Origin: the human T2T-CHM13v2.0 reference genome, Homo sapiens
DNA length: 64,000 bases
Reading direction: 5' to 3' (one strand)
Assembly (NCBI RefSeq): GCF_009914755.1
Contig: NC_060934.1
In this document: piece after piece, positions 31,891 to 45,197 of the stretch
Layout: every line of letters begins with the position of its first letter
Position numbering within the stretch: the first letter of the stretch is position 1
The notes under the pieces: model-generated
What the model was told of the DNA's origin: nothing
Seen by the model: only the letters and a program-made list of their open reading frames with translations
The model's database searches: none
Translations under genes and position numbers: made by a program

Positions 31891-32462
31891 ACCCCAAATA
31901 TCCTTAAATCATTTTTTAAATAAAAGAGTTCACCAAGACCACCCTATATGTAGATTATTTTAAGAACTGATTGATATAATAAGGTTCCAGGTAACAAGAA
32001 AGAACTTACACTCCTGGAGTTCCCTTGTTATGTGGGATATCAAATGTAGGCTATATATGTCATAATTTTGTTTCTGTTAGGAAAAAATAATTGAGGTATA
32101 CCATTTTATGTGTTTCATAATGAATCCATTTGAAGAAATTATCATTGAACTCAGACATTAAGAAGTGAAAACATTTGGAAAATATTCTTGGTCTCCTCTT
32201 TGCTGATGGACTTGCCTACTGATTGATACTGCAAGAAAAATACTTGAACTTACCACATATCGGTGCCCATAGTCGTAGTGGAGGGTTGTTGATGTGCTTG
32301 GGGAATCAATGTATTCATCTCTGGAACCAAAAAATATTTATTTTATCCAATTCTTGAAAAACTGAAGAGTGTTTCCAAAGTTTTCTAAAGGTATTTGTTG
32401 ACTATGGGACATGAAATTTTGCTCAAGGATATATTATTGACATAATTTATTTTCTTTAATAG

Positions 32463-32540
32463 GAAAATAAAAAATATTTCAAGCGTAGTGAGCTCGCCAA
32501 AAAAGAAGAGGAAGCATATTTTGAAAGATGTGGCTACAAG
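32463..32540 (+). CDS. PRPF18: PRPF18 exon 2 (ENKKYFKRSELAKKEEEAYFERCGYK)
   Basis: tttaatag|GAA acceptor, AAG|gtatga donor, 78 nt. Confidence 0.97.
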
Positions 32541-32649
32541 GTATGAATGTCTGCTTTTATGTTAAATTGTACATTTCTGAGTTTAAATTTATACAGCTGT
32601 TGTTAAATGACAATCATTGATCTCTGTTCAATTTATCAATATACGTTAG

Positions 32650-32676
32650 CCTATAAATGAGAAGCCATCTGGAGAG
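32650..32676 (+). CDS. PRPF18: Candidate alternative 27-nt PRPF18 microexon (PINEKPSGE)
   Basis: acgttag|CCTATAAATGAGAAGCCATCTGGAGAG|gtatga. Phase 0-0 and stop-free, with the same donor hexamer as exon 2 and TGCATG 55 nt downstream. Confidence 0.7.
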
Positions 32677-35248
32677 GTATGAGTTTTTGTTTTTGCATTT
32701 TTAAAAAAATCTTGAATTCAGGAAAATACATGCATGACTTTTGGCTTGGAATGGTTTGGCTTTTTGTGGACGGCATGAAGTGGCTTGAGATCAAAGCTTG
32801 AATTTTTTTTTTTTTTTAATAAAGTCCTGAATCTGAGACTGCGTTATTTTCAGCTCCACCACCACTCCTCTCCCCCACCTCTCCCAATAAAACAGTCTAT
32901 TTGGAAAGACTTCAAAACATTTATTCATCCAGCCACAGTAATATTAGTGGTGGTAATTTTCCTGCCTTCTCCGGAATATTTTAAGCCATCGATTTTATGT
33001 TTGCATTGTTAATACGTCCTTTTGGGTCCTAAGAACCTCTGCCTAAAGTATAAAGCCGTATATATTTATATGCCTTTGTTGTAATAAGGTATCACATTTC
33101 AAACACTGTTTAGTCTGTTGGATAGAAAATGTCATCTTGAAATATTTCTTAGAAACAAATGAGTTGTCTGGAAGGCTTTGCTTGTATATTTTAGAAGAAA
33201 TTAGTTGATAATGTATTGTGGTTTTATTGGGAGGGGTTAAAGGGTATAAGGTGGAGAAGTTACGTTTAAATTATTTTAAAAGAAGACTATATCTAGCTTA
33301 ATTTTTAACTCAAAGCTCAGAGGTTCTATTGGAATACTTTTGCCAAATCATAAACTTGTAATTAACCTTTTGCTTGTAAAATATCAATATAAGATAATAC
33401 TTTTGTGCATGTAATGGGGAAAGTTCTGGAAATGGATTTATCCTGCATAGCATTTTTAGAAGGAAGCATGAGGAATGCACATGGTATGTATATGCATTTG
33501 GTTTGATTTTGTAGTGCTGGGAGAAGACAAGTATTAAAGAAAAATGTAGTTTTCAAAAGATACCAAGAAGTGACTTAAAAAAATTTTAAAATGTAATTAT
33601 ATTTCTGATGTTTTTAAAATATGGGAAAGTTTAAACTTGTATTTTGATTTTTTCCATAAAGATATTTGTTTTATTTGCTTAATTAGAAATGAAAATAAGT
33701 TTTATGTTAATAACCATTGAGTAGATAGATATTCAGAAAGGAACTCTCATTTTTGCCTTGCCCAGTGTTGTCTAACACACACTTGGTCTGGAATAAGAAT
33801 CACTTACATAGGTTTACTCTGCTGGCTTGTGGCATTCCCAGATTCTTAAATTTGAACCTTTTCAACTATTTGATAAGGTAGGAAAGTAACTTAATATAGT
33901 GGCAGTTTTTGCTTTTGTTTAGTGTGTTTTTTTGTTTTTATAGAGGAAAGCCCTGAAGGAAAGTAATTACTGTAAAGATAATTGTTGATAACTTCGAGTC
34001 CAGCTCATGAAATGACTTAGATTTTTTCCCCAGAGCTATTAACTGCCATTATATAATTAAATGTGTTTTTAATCCTGAGATTTTTGGAGAAATATGTTTC
34101 CATGCTTAAAAAGTAAAGCACAGGTGTTTCTTTCTAAAGATTTTTAAAGATTTCCTTCTTGGTAGTAATGACATGGTATCCATTCCTTTTATTCTTTTGT
34201 AGAAATGAGTTAGCATTTTTTAAGGCTTGGTGCTGATTTGACCTGTGAAAATAGAAAGGCTTAGTTTGTTACCTTAATTTTACCTCAGTATCAATTAGTT
34301 ACGGTAAACATAAACTTGAACTGTAAGCTATAGAATCATGAATTATGTAATTTTTACCATATAGCCTTTCTTAATGTGAGTTTCTTCCTTAATGTTGATC
34401 TTCTTTTATGTTCTTTTGATCTTACTCCTACTTTCAGCATTTTGGATTTATCTTATGGTCAGATGGGAAACCACGTTTCAGTATCTTTTTTATAGACTCC
34501 ACAAAGGGGCTTGTAAATTGCTGAATTCAGTTTTCTTAAACTGAGACTTGAGCAACAGATTTGAGAAAATATGTGAAGAGATTGTTTTTCCTACAGGTTC
34601 ATATGAACAAGAATGCCCACTGTTTCCCTGGGTGGCGTTAGTAGACAGGTGCTTTTTTCCTTGTGTTTCTGCAAGGTTGGTAGCTCAGTTTGGACCAACT
34701 CTTCGTAGCATTAGGAATTTTTCTGTATGTCCAACATGATTTTCTTACATTTGGAATAATACGTTTTGAAAAGCAGGATAGGAAAAGCTAGAGCTTGAAG
34801 TTTCTCAGGTTGCTGTTGGAAAGAAATTCTTTTATCTTCATTTTGAAGCCGAGCAAGAATCAAATAACCCTGCAAGACAATTTAAAGAGGAAGAGCAAGT
34901 TGCTGGTTTTTAAGGAAAAAGTACAGTCTTTAGAATCTGGGGAGAAAGAGAGTGCAAATTTCAGCCCTGTTAAATTTGGATTTTGGAAATCGTGGTAGTC
35001 GTGTCACTCTTTTATAGCAAGAATGCTGATTCCTCTGTGCATGCTCTGGACTTGTGATGCCCCTGACGTGAATACGTTTGACTCTCTTTTATAAGCATGT
35101 ACACTTATTGTGAGCTCTTTGCTCAGAGGAATATTAGAAAATCTTCAGTGTTGAAAACATGTTTAACTTCCATAGCTAAGGTAATGGAATGATAAATATC
35201 AACTATATTTTTAAAGCTGAATTTCATTTCTTTTGGCTATTAATATAG

Positions 35249-35353
35249 ATACAGCCAAAAGAGGAGGACCAGAAACCATTAACTTCATCGAATCCAGTGT
35301 TAGAACTTGAACTGGCAGAGGAAAAATTACCTATGACGCTTTCTAGGCAAGAG
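35249..35353 (+). CDS. PRPF18: PRPF18 exon 3 ([10 protein letters not shown]...MTLSRQE)
   Basis: taatatag|ATA acceptor, GAG|gtaagt donor, 105 nt. Confidence 0.97.
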
Positions 35354-35773
35354 GTAAGTTTATTTGTGATGGTTTCATGAGAATAAGATCTCCACGGTGT
35401 TTACATTTATCTCCAGCTTTTCCAATAAGTTAAACGTCATTATTTCCTGCGTAAAATGACTTATCTAAAAATGCTGTGCAGCTAGTTTTCTTCATGAAGT
35501 TCTAAATTACTCACTGCTTCTTTTCTTGGTATTATTATCTTAACTTTTTTTAGAGCTTATCCTTCTAAACTTTAAAAAATAAACATGAATATTCAAAAAT
35601 AAGTATAATTAAATGCTCTTATGCTAAATATTTGTACTTAAATTATTTTAATTATTATTTTGTAACATACTTCCCTTTCCCTTATTTAATAATACGTCTT
35701 TCCAGATTAAAATATGGAGATCTACATAATTTTGAATGAGTGTATAATTTCCCATTGCTTGTTTGCTCCATAA

Positions 35774-36098
<325 letters not shown>

Positions 36099-37742
36099 TA
36101 AAAAATCATTTATTGATGATCATTTAGATTGCTTATTATAAATAATACTAAGATGAACATCCTTATGTAGACATCATTGCATACATAATAATGTGTGATT
36201 ATTTCCTTTGGAAACATTTCTAGAAGCATGATTTTTAGGGCAAAGACTACGTATATTTTTAAGACTTGATATATATTACCAGATAGCTGTGGAGGTATTA
36301 GCCATGTTGTGCCACTTTATACTCCTAGCTGTTGTGTTTATAGTGTTTGTCTATACCTTGATCAGTACCAACTATTATTTTACTTAAAAGAAATCATAAA
36401 ATTTAAAGATAATCAAGTGATATAAAGAAATCAAATCAATACAAAAGGCTGTAAAACAAAAATGTCTTCCCTTTTTCTTATCTTCCGTTTCCTCCCACTC
36501 CCCCTGTGCCCCGATCAGTCCTCCTACCCAGTTCTTCACTTGTACAAGCGTCAGTGTGTATGTGTATACCTTTTTTCCCTTTCACACAAATGAGATGACA
36601 TGCATTTGTGCCTTAGTCTTTTCACTTAAAAGTACATTTTGAAGGCCATTTTATGTTGGGGGGTGTGTGTGTATGAACATTTTTTACAGTAAACATGTGC
36701 TTTGGGCAGGTTATCTGGTCTGTTTCTCAATTTCCTTATGTCTGAATGAGGGTAACAATTGGGTCTACCTCAGGAGACTTTCATGATAAAATAAGGTAAT
36801 GCATGAAGAGAACAGTCCTTAATAGTGAGCTACTCAACAAATTTAGGTATTGTTTTTAGTAGTAGTTCTGTAATTTATTAAAATTAGCTCTTTACTGATG
36901 GATAGATTACTTCCAGTTGTTTGCCCTTACATGCAGTGCTAAGGTGAACTTCCTTATACATATGTCTTGATATTCGTATGAGTTTATCAATAGGATAATT
37001 TCCTAGGAAAATAATTTCTGGTCAGAGTGTGTGTCTATGTAATTTTTGATTGTGTGGAATTGTCCTACAAAGAAGCTGTGCCAATTTACATTCCAACTGT
37101 AAGTATGTAAGACTTCCTAGCATTTCTGTCAACTCTTTATTTTAAAATGTTTCAGCCTTTGCCAATCTGAAAGCAGATTATTATTTTAAATTTTTGCCAA
37201 ACTGATGGGTGAAATAGGTATCTTGTGTTAATGTGAAACTTTCTATTAGTGATTATTAGAATTGAACATGTTTTCACGTGTTCAGTGGTCGTTAATGTCT
37301 CTTGTTTTGTGGAATTGCCATTTTTATATTGTGAAATTTGTCTTTATTGATTTGCAGATCAACATATTTATATGTTAAGGGTGTTAACCTGTGTTCATAA
37401 GTGTGTATGTATCAGATGTACATAGTGTATATATATATTTGTCAGTGTATCATTTATTTTTTGCCATGCAGAAGTTTTACATTTTTATACGATGACATCA
37501 GTCTTTTTCATTATGTTTTTTTTTTTGTCTTGAGCATCATGCTTGGAAAGGTTTCCTCTGTTCCTAAGAGTTAAACAAAGATATATTAATTTTTTTCCAC
37601 TACCTTTATGAACTCATTCTTTATATATAGAAAATATAATTTTCTTTATATTTTAATTTTGTATCTCAAATGAGTATATATTAACTTCATAGTCAAAATA
37701 CTTGAAATTTCACGTCACTTACATATTTTAGAATTCTGTTAC

Positions 37743-38036
37743 TTTTCGATTTTTTGAGACAAAGTCTCACTGTGTCTCCCAGGCTGGAGTGCAGTGGCAT
37801 GATGTAGGCTCACTGCAACCTCCGCCTCCCGGGTTCAAGAGTTTCTGAAGCCTAAGCCTCCCAAGTAGCTGGGACTGCAGGTATGCACCACCAGGCCTTG
37901 CTAATTTTTGTATTTTTAGTAGAAACGAGGTTTTGCCATGTTGGCCTGGCTGGTCTTGAATTCCTGATTCAGGTGATCTGCTCGCCTCGACCTCACAAAG
38001 TGCTGGGATTACCGGCGAGGGCCACTGCGCCTGGCC
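37743..38036 (-). mobile_element. Alu
   Basis: Diverged full Alu. Confidence 0.9.
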
Positions 38037-38299
38037 TAGAATTTACTTTATCTTTAAACATTGAAAAGCTTGAGTTAAAAGACGACGTAGTTTTAAGAAG
38101 TTGTTCTTTTTGTGAGATCCATCATTAGTAAACCATTGTTACTGATTAATAGTGGTACATCAGTTAAGTAGTAGACATGATATGGGGAAGAAGTTCCTGC
38201 CTTTGCTCAGCGAGCGTCTATTGAAATAGTAAAAGAGGACTCAGAGGCTTAAGTTCTTTCACTGATGTCCCTTTAGTCTCTGTGTCATTTTTTGGGGGA

Positions 38300-38326
38300 G
38301 GTGGTGGTGGTGGTGGTGGTGGTGGT
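38300..38326. repeat. (GGT)n microsatellite
   Basis: Seen directly in the sequence. Confidence 0.9.
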
Positions 38327-38819
38327 ATATTTCAGCTTCTTTATTTAAAAAATTAGAATAATAGAATTCTTGCACTAAAAGAAATTTCGAAGTCAGGTAG
38401 TTTATTACCTTGCCTTTAGACAGAACCACTGTTATATAATTCCAGGTAGATGAGAGTTAGCTATTTAAACTGATAACCAGAAAAATATTATGCACTCCTC
38501 ACAACTTGGCCTAAGTTATAGCACCCAATCTTAAGCAGTGTTTTACAGTAATAACTAGCTCACATTCCCTTTCTTTTTTCTGTCGAGGTTGTTTTTGTCT
38601 TTGACTGACTGACTTAGGGTCATCTTTCATCTTTGAGTCCTCAGTAGTCTCTTCCTGTTCGACCTCTGTAGTTGTGGATAGGACTGAATGTAAGTCATAG
38701 AAATAAAGCGTCTAGATCAAAGGCTTATGTATTCTGTACTTCTCGCAAGTTGACATGTTTGTAGTATTATTATTTAGTTCTACATTACCACATGTTTATG
38801 ACGGACATTGCATAAAAGG

Positions 38820-39200
38820 AAATTTTCAGGGGAATGGTGACTGACTCTAGAAACCATCATATGAAGATGAGGTGAAGGAATTTAGAATAGTGAGGCTGGA
38901 GAGAAGAATTACTAGAGATATCTTTAAAAATCCAATGAAAGTAGCTCTGATTTTGGAAAATCAGAATATTCTCTGTAGTTTCATAAAGTGGAACTGGGAT
39001 AAATGGGTAGAAGTTTGGGGGAAGTAGATTTCAGTTTTGAGAAGCAAAACATCTCTGTCTAAACAATGGGATGGGATGTTTCACGAAGAAATGTGATTCC
39101 TGCCATTTGTCAGCCAGGGATCTGACAAGGGTGTTTGTGAGGTCATTTCTGCATTGATTGGAGATAGCACTAGATGACCTCTTAAATTTCTGTTTTAATC
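38820..39200 (+). mobile_element. CR1/L3 3' fragment
   Basis: CATATGAAGA...TGAAGGAA...GCTGGAGAGAAGA and CTAGATGACCTCT resemble L3. Confidence 0.55.
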
Positions 39201-40306
39201 TCAAACTTCTGTTAATCCACTGGGAGCCCTCTCAATGGATTTTAGGTGTGATGCTATTTATGCTCCCAGGTAAAGCTCTTGGTGTTTCTCATTATTGCTT
39301 TATTTAAAAAATTTGGACTAGTATTTATTACGTTTTCTGTTTCTTTCTTCCTTTTTAAAATGACATACATAGCATGTATATAAAGTGTATGAACCATGTT
39401 AGGGCAATATATGTTTGTTACACATATATGAATAATTATAAAATAAATATTCATGTAACCATCACCCAAGTTTGGAAATAGATTTTCAGCATCTTAAAAG
39501 CTCTGCATATGCAGATTATAACTCCCTGTTTTCTGAGGGAGAAGTTTTTGGTTTCATGGTGGTATTACAATGCAGACTGTCCATTATGGTAATTATCAGC
39601 TGGCTTCAGATTTGATTTTCCTTCTCTCTATAAATGCTGTCATTCCCTCCCATCTTAGTGTTTTTCCTGTGTGTCCTGCCACACAGATTGGTCCTATCGA
39701 AGCAGTGAGCTAAACGACCTAAACTTTATGGTTACTTAAGGTGTGATGGTAACACAGTATATCTGTTTATGGAAAATTAAAAGAATAAACAGATTACTTT
39801 TTTCATCTACATTTCAAAACAAGTGTTTGATCACCAAAAATATGCTGACATAAGGGATTACTATTGTCTTTCCATTGTTTTTAAAAGAAGACTAAGAACA
39901 GTTATAATTATGTAAAATGAGGGCCACAGACATGCCCCTTTTCTTACAAAAAAGAATTTTTTAAAAATCTCACAGTAAAAGAGGTGGTTTATATTAGGGT
40001 CTTTCTTTAGACTTGAATTGTAGAGTCATAGGTCAGACCACTTTCTAGGAGCTGTTCAGTGATAAAATTAATAACAGTGACTTTTGAGTCAAAATAGATT
40101 TTTAAAGTACTTGATTTTCTCTTTGATTTGGAAACATCTTTGTTTAGCTTAATTGAAATGATCTAAAATATTTGAAGGATTTTATACTTTACACAGAGGC
40201 ATGTATTTGGATAATTAGCTTTTATTAAACCCAGGCTTGGCTTTTAAGGTACAATATACAAATTGTTTTTGAGATGTTTAGTTTTTTCCTCTCTCAAAAG
40301 TTTAAT

Positions 40307-40625
<319 letters not shown>

Positions 40626-40636
40626 TCACTTTGTAG

Positions 40637-40750
40637 GTCATCAGAAGATTGAGAGAAAGAGGAGAACCAATCAGACTATTTGGAGAGACTGATTATGATG
40701 CTTTTCAACGTTTAAGGAAAATAGAGATCCTCACACCAGAAGTTAACAAG
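40637..40750 (+). CDS. PRPF18: PRPF18 exon 4 ([26 protein letters not shown]...EVNK), PRP4-like/SFM motif
   Basis: ctttgtag|GTC acceptor, AAG|gtaaga donor, 114 nt. The GEPIRLFGE motif is shared with PRPF4 (cyclophilin H-binding region). Confidence 0.98.
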
Positions 40751-41008
40751 GTAAGAGGACAGAACAAAGCTAGAAAAATACCACTGTACTGCATTCACTA
40801 GAATAGAGTTTGACTAATTGCATTATTGTAGGCAACAATGGAAAAGTAAAGTGAGCAGATTATTGCTGCTGAATGGAAGTTTTCATTAATTTTTTGAAAA
40901 GCTCATATCTTAAGTATAACATTTAATGCATTTTGACAAATACATACAAGCATATAACCATTGCCCTTATAAAGAAATAGAACATTTTCGTCACCAAAGA
41001 AATTTCCC

Positions 41009-41170
41009 CGAGAGCATCAGGAAGAATAGCGAATGGATGCTGGGCTCAATAGCTGGGTGATGGGATGATCTGTGAAGTAAACCACCACGACACACGTTTC
41101 CCTATGTAACAAACCTGTCATCCTGCAGCTGTATCCCTGAACTTAAAAGTTGAAAAAAAAGAGAAAAAGG
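41009..41170 (+). mobile_element. Short L1P 3' end inserted in an older L1M
   Basis: ACCACCACGACACACGTTTCCCTATGTAACAAACCTG...CTGAACTTAAAAG. TSD AA(A/G)GAAATTTCCCC. Confidence 0.8.
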
Positions 41171-41460
41171 AAATTTCCCCAGTACCCCTTCTCAGCCTAT
41201 CCTCATATTTCTCCTCATCCCTTCCTGGGCAGCCACCATTTGAATTTTGTCATCATGGATTAATTTTGCTTGTTCTTGTATTTCATACAGATGGACTCAT
41301 AGATTGTGTGTCTGGCTTCTTTCGCTCAGCATATCAGTTTTTAGGTTCATCCATGTTATTGCAGATACCACTGGTTTCCTTTTCATTTTCCAGTGATACT
41401 CAGTTGTATGAATATATCAAAATTTGTTTCCAGCTTTGGGCTATTAGGAATAAAACTGCT

Positions 41461-41784
<324 letters not shown>

Positions 41785-42043
41785 CTATGACCATTCTTAT
41801 GCAGATCTTTTTTTGGAACTATGTTATTTTTCTTGGGTAAATAAATAGGTCTCTTGGGGAGATACCTAGAAGTAGAATTGCTGGATAATAAGAGTAGATG
41901 TATGCTTAACTTCATAAGAAATGCCAGTCATTTCCAAACCCCAGCATGTGGTATTGTTAGTCTTTTTAATTTTAACCATTCTCTTTTGTGTCTGGTAGTA
42001 GCTCTTTGCGGCTTTAATCACATTACCTGATGACTAAAGATGA

Positions 42044-42696
<653 letters not shown>

Positions 42697-45050
42697 AGAA
42701 GTTTTATATTTTAATGAAGTCCAATTTATTGTTTTTTCCTTTTATGGTCATTGCTTTTTGTGTCCTGCTTAAGAAATCTTTGCCTATCCCAAGATTTCAA
42801 ATATATATTCTTAATTTTCTTCTAGAAGCTTAATATTATAGTTTTTGCTTTACATTTAAGGCTCTGATCTTGTTTTATGGCTTAGCATATGGTTTATTCC
42901 ATGGGCTCTTGAAAAGAGTATTGTTTTGCTTTCATGGTACAGTTCTACAAATGTCAGTGATGATAGTGTTGTTCAGATCTTCTTTGGCCTTGCTAACTTT
43001 TTATCTACTTGCTTTCTCAATTATTGAGAGACAGGTGTGGTTACCTATGACTATGTAACAGACTACTCCAAAACTTACTAGTGTTTGTTTATTTATTATA
43101 AAGGATTTATCATTACCAAATCTGTTTTTGGTGATTAACAAGCCACCCTGAAACTTGATAGCTTAAGATAATTTGTTATTGTCTTAATAATTACCAGTTC
43201 TGTGGTTTTATTGGGCTGGATTGAGCAGTATCTTGCTTGGGGTCTTTCTTGTGATTGCAGTCAGATGAAGGCTGCGGCCGAAATCATGTGAGGCTGCCTC
43301 TGGACTGGTCTTCTAAGCTGATATCTTGCCCCTTTCCTGGCGTCTCAGTTGGAATGGCAGGAACAGCTGGGGCTGGCCAGGCCCGCTCCCCGACCTGCTC
43401 TGTCTGCTAGCCTGGGCTGTCTGACTGCTTTCTTTGTTGCCAAACCACTTTCCTGCTTTACTTCCCAGCATTGTCATTCCAGCCCCACAACACTAGCAGT
43501 TGCTTTCAGTCCTCTGTGTCTGTAATGATCATTTTTCCTTTGCTTGCTGTGTTTCTGCCTTGTATGCTCTGGTTGAAATCTTGTTTTTATACTTTCACAT
43601 GCAATTCAGTGACCACATCTTCTCTCGGAATCTATTTTTGATCCCAGTCAGAATTAATTGCTTCCTTCTCCATGTGCCTATGAGTAAACCTTTGTTAGTG
43701 TACTTACTGTTTTTCGCTATTATTAGAGTTATGTGCATATTTATCTCTTCCTGGTGGGCAAAGGCTGTTTTACCTTTGTATGCCAAGTCCTGTGCCGTGC
43801 ATCTAGAGGTTTTGAGGACAAAGCACAGGAGCACAAGGTCTGGATTCCATTCCTGGATTATAGTGATCAATTATTTGGCCGTTGGCAAGTCTTTTACTCT
43901 ATTTGAACCTTAGAATCTTCATTGGTAAAACAGAGGCAGTGATATTTGGCTCACTGGGATGCACTGAGAATTCGATGAGGTGACCTCTGGGAATGCCTGG
44001 CGTCATACTTTTTACACAGCAGGTGATCAGTCAGTGTTTGAGAAATTATAAGTGTTTTGAGTTGAATGTTTCTCTTCTGTGTTTATGAAGGGACAGGAGA
44101 CAATGATCAGATGCTTTTTGTGTGAGAACGTTAGGAGTTAACATTGGTTGAATGTGCACCGTGCTCCAGTAACTGTTCAAAGCTCATCGTCCATTTCTTA
44201 GCTTACTTGCGTGACTTGATGTTTGCGAGGTTCTGGAACAGCTGCATCACATAGTAACTGTTCACTGAAATAAAAAATAGCATCCTTATTACAGCCCTAC
44301 GTAGTAGATGGTGCCATTACTCCTATTCTGTAGGTGAGTCTACTGAGGCACACAGGGGTTAAGCAAGCTTTCAAAGAGCTATTTAATAGTATGTGGCAAG
44401 GATTTGAACCCAGATAGCTTTTACTCTCAACCATTACCCTATAGCCGCCTCACAGCCATGTTTCCTTGGCTCTTAAACCTTGCAGCTGATTCTCATTCAT
44501 TTTTAGGAAGATGAGGCTTCCATTTTCATTAAAGGGTCATGAACCATACGTGCATAAAATGCGAATTTGCTGGTTTGCTAGAAACATAGTTGAGAACCTG
44601 GGATATAGATGAGGCACCAATTTTATTACACTGATGTTTCTGAATGTTTTGGGAGTTCACAGTAGTTGAGGTTAGACATTGTAAATGAGCTGGGCAAACG
44701 GGTTGGGGACTCTAATGGCGACCTGCCACTGTCACTAAGCCTCATTAGAAAATTACAGCATTGATGAAGATTCTTACTTGGATTTGTCACTCACGTGTAT
44801 TTTATTTTTCTGACCAGCAGACTGGCCATTGTTTGTGCATTGTTTTAATTTAAATAGGTCTGTAAGAATTAACTTTAAATGGACAGTAGTGATAGTTGTG
44901 TGATAAATTGATGTGATTTGAGTCCCTACTTTTGCTGAACTCTTCTTGTGGGGGAAAAAATATTTGCAGTTATTAATGAAAAATCAAAGGTGAAAAAACA
45001 GGTGTTCTTCCTTTCATAACAGGTGTTCTTCCTTTTTTTGCTTTTCTTAG

Positions 45051-45197
45051 GGATTGAGGAATGATTTGAAAGCAGCCTTGGATAAGATTGATCAGCAGTA
45101 CCTCAATGAAATCGTCGGCGGTCAGGAGCCTGGAGAGGAAGACACACAGAATGATCTGAAAGTTCATGAGGAAAACACCACAATTGAAGAGTTAGAG
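45051..45197 (+). CDS. PRPF18: PRPF18 exon 5 ([18 protein letters not shown]...TTIEELE)
   Basis: ttttcttag|GGA acceptor, GAG|gtaatc donor, 147 nt. Overlaps ORF 45054-45263. Confidence 0.98.

Noticed and set aside
32785-33012. 75-aa ORF / possible in-frame exon LHHHSSPPPLP... from ttttcag at 32853
   Set aside because: The donors are weak (ACA|gtaata, GTG|gtaatt) and the peptide is low-complexity. There is no independent support beyond the general intron 2 finding.
38293-38326. G-rich (GGT)n run as a possible G-quadruplex
   Set aside because: Mostly two-G runs in an ordinary microsatellite, far from splice sites.
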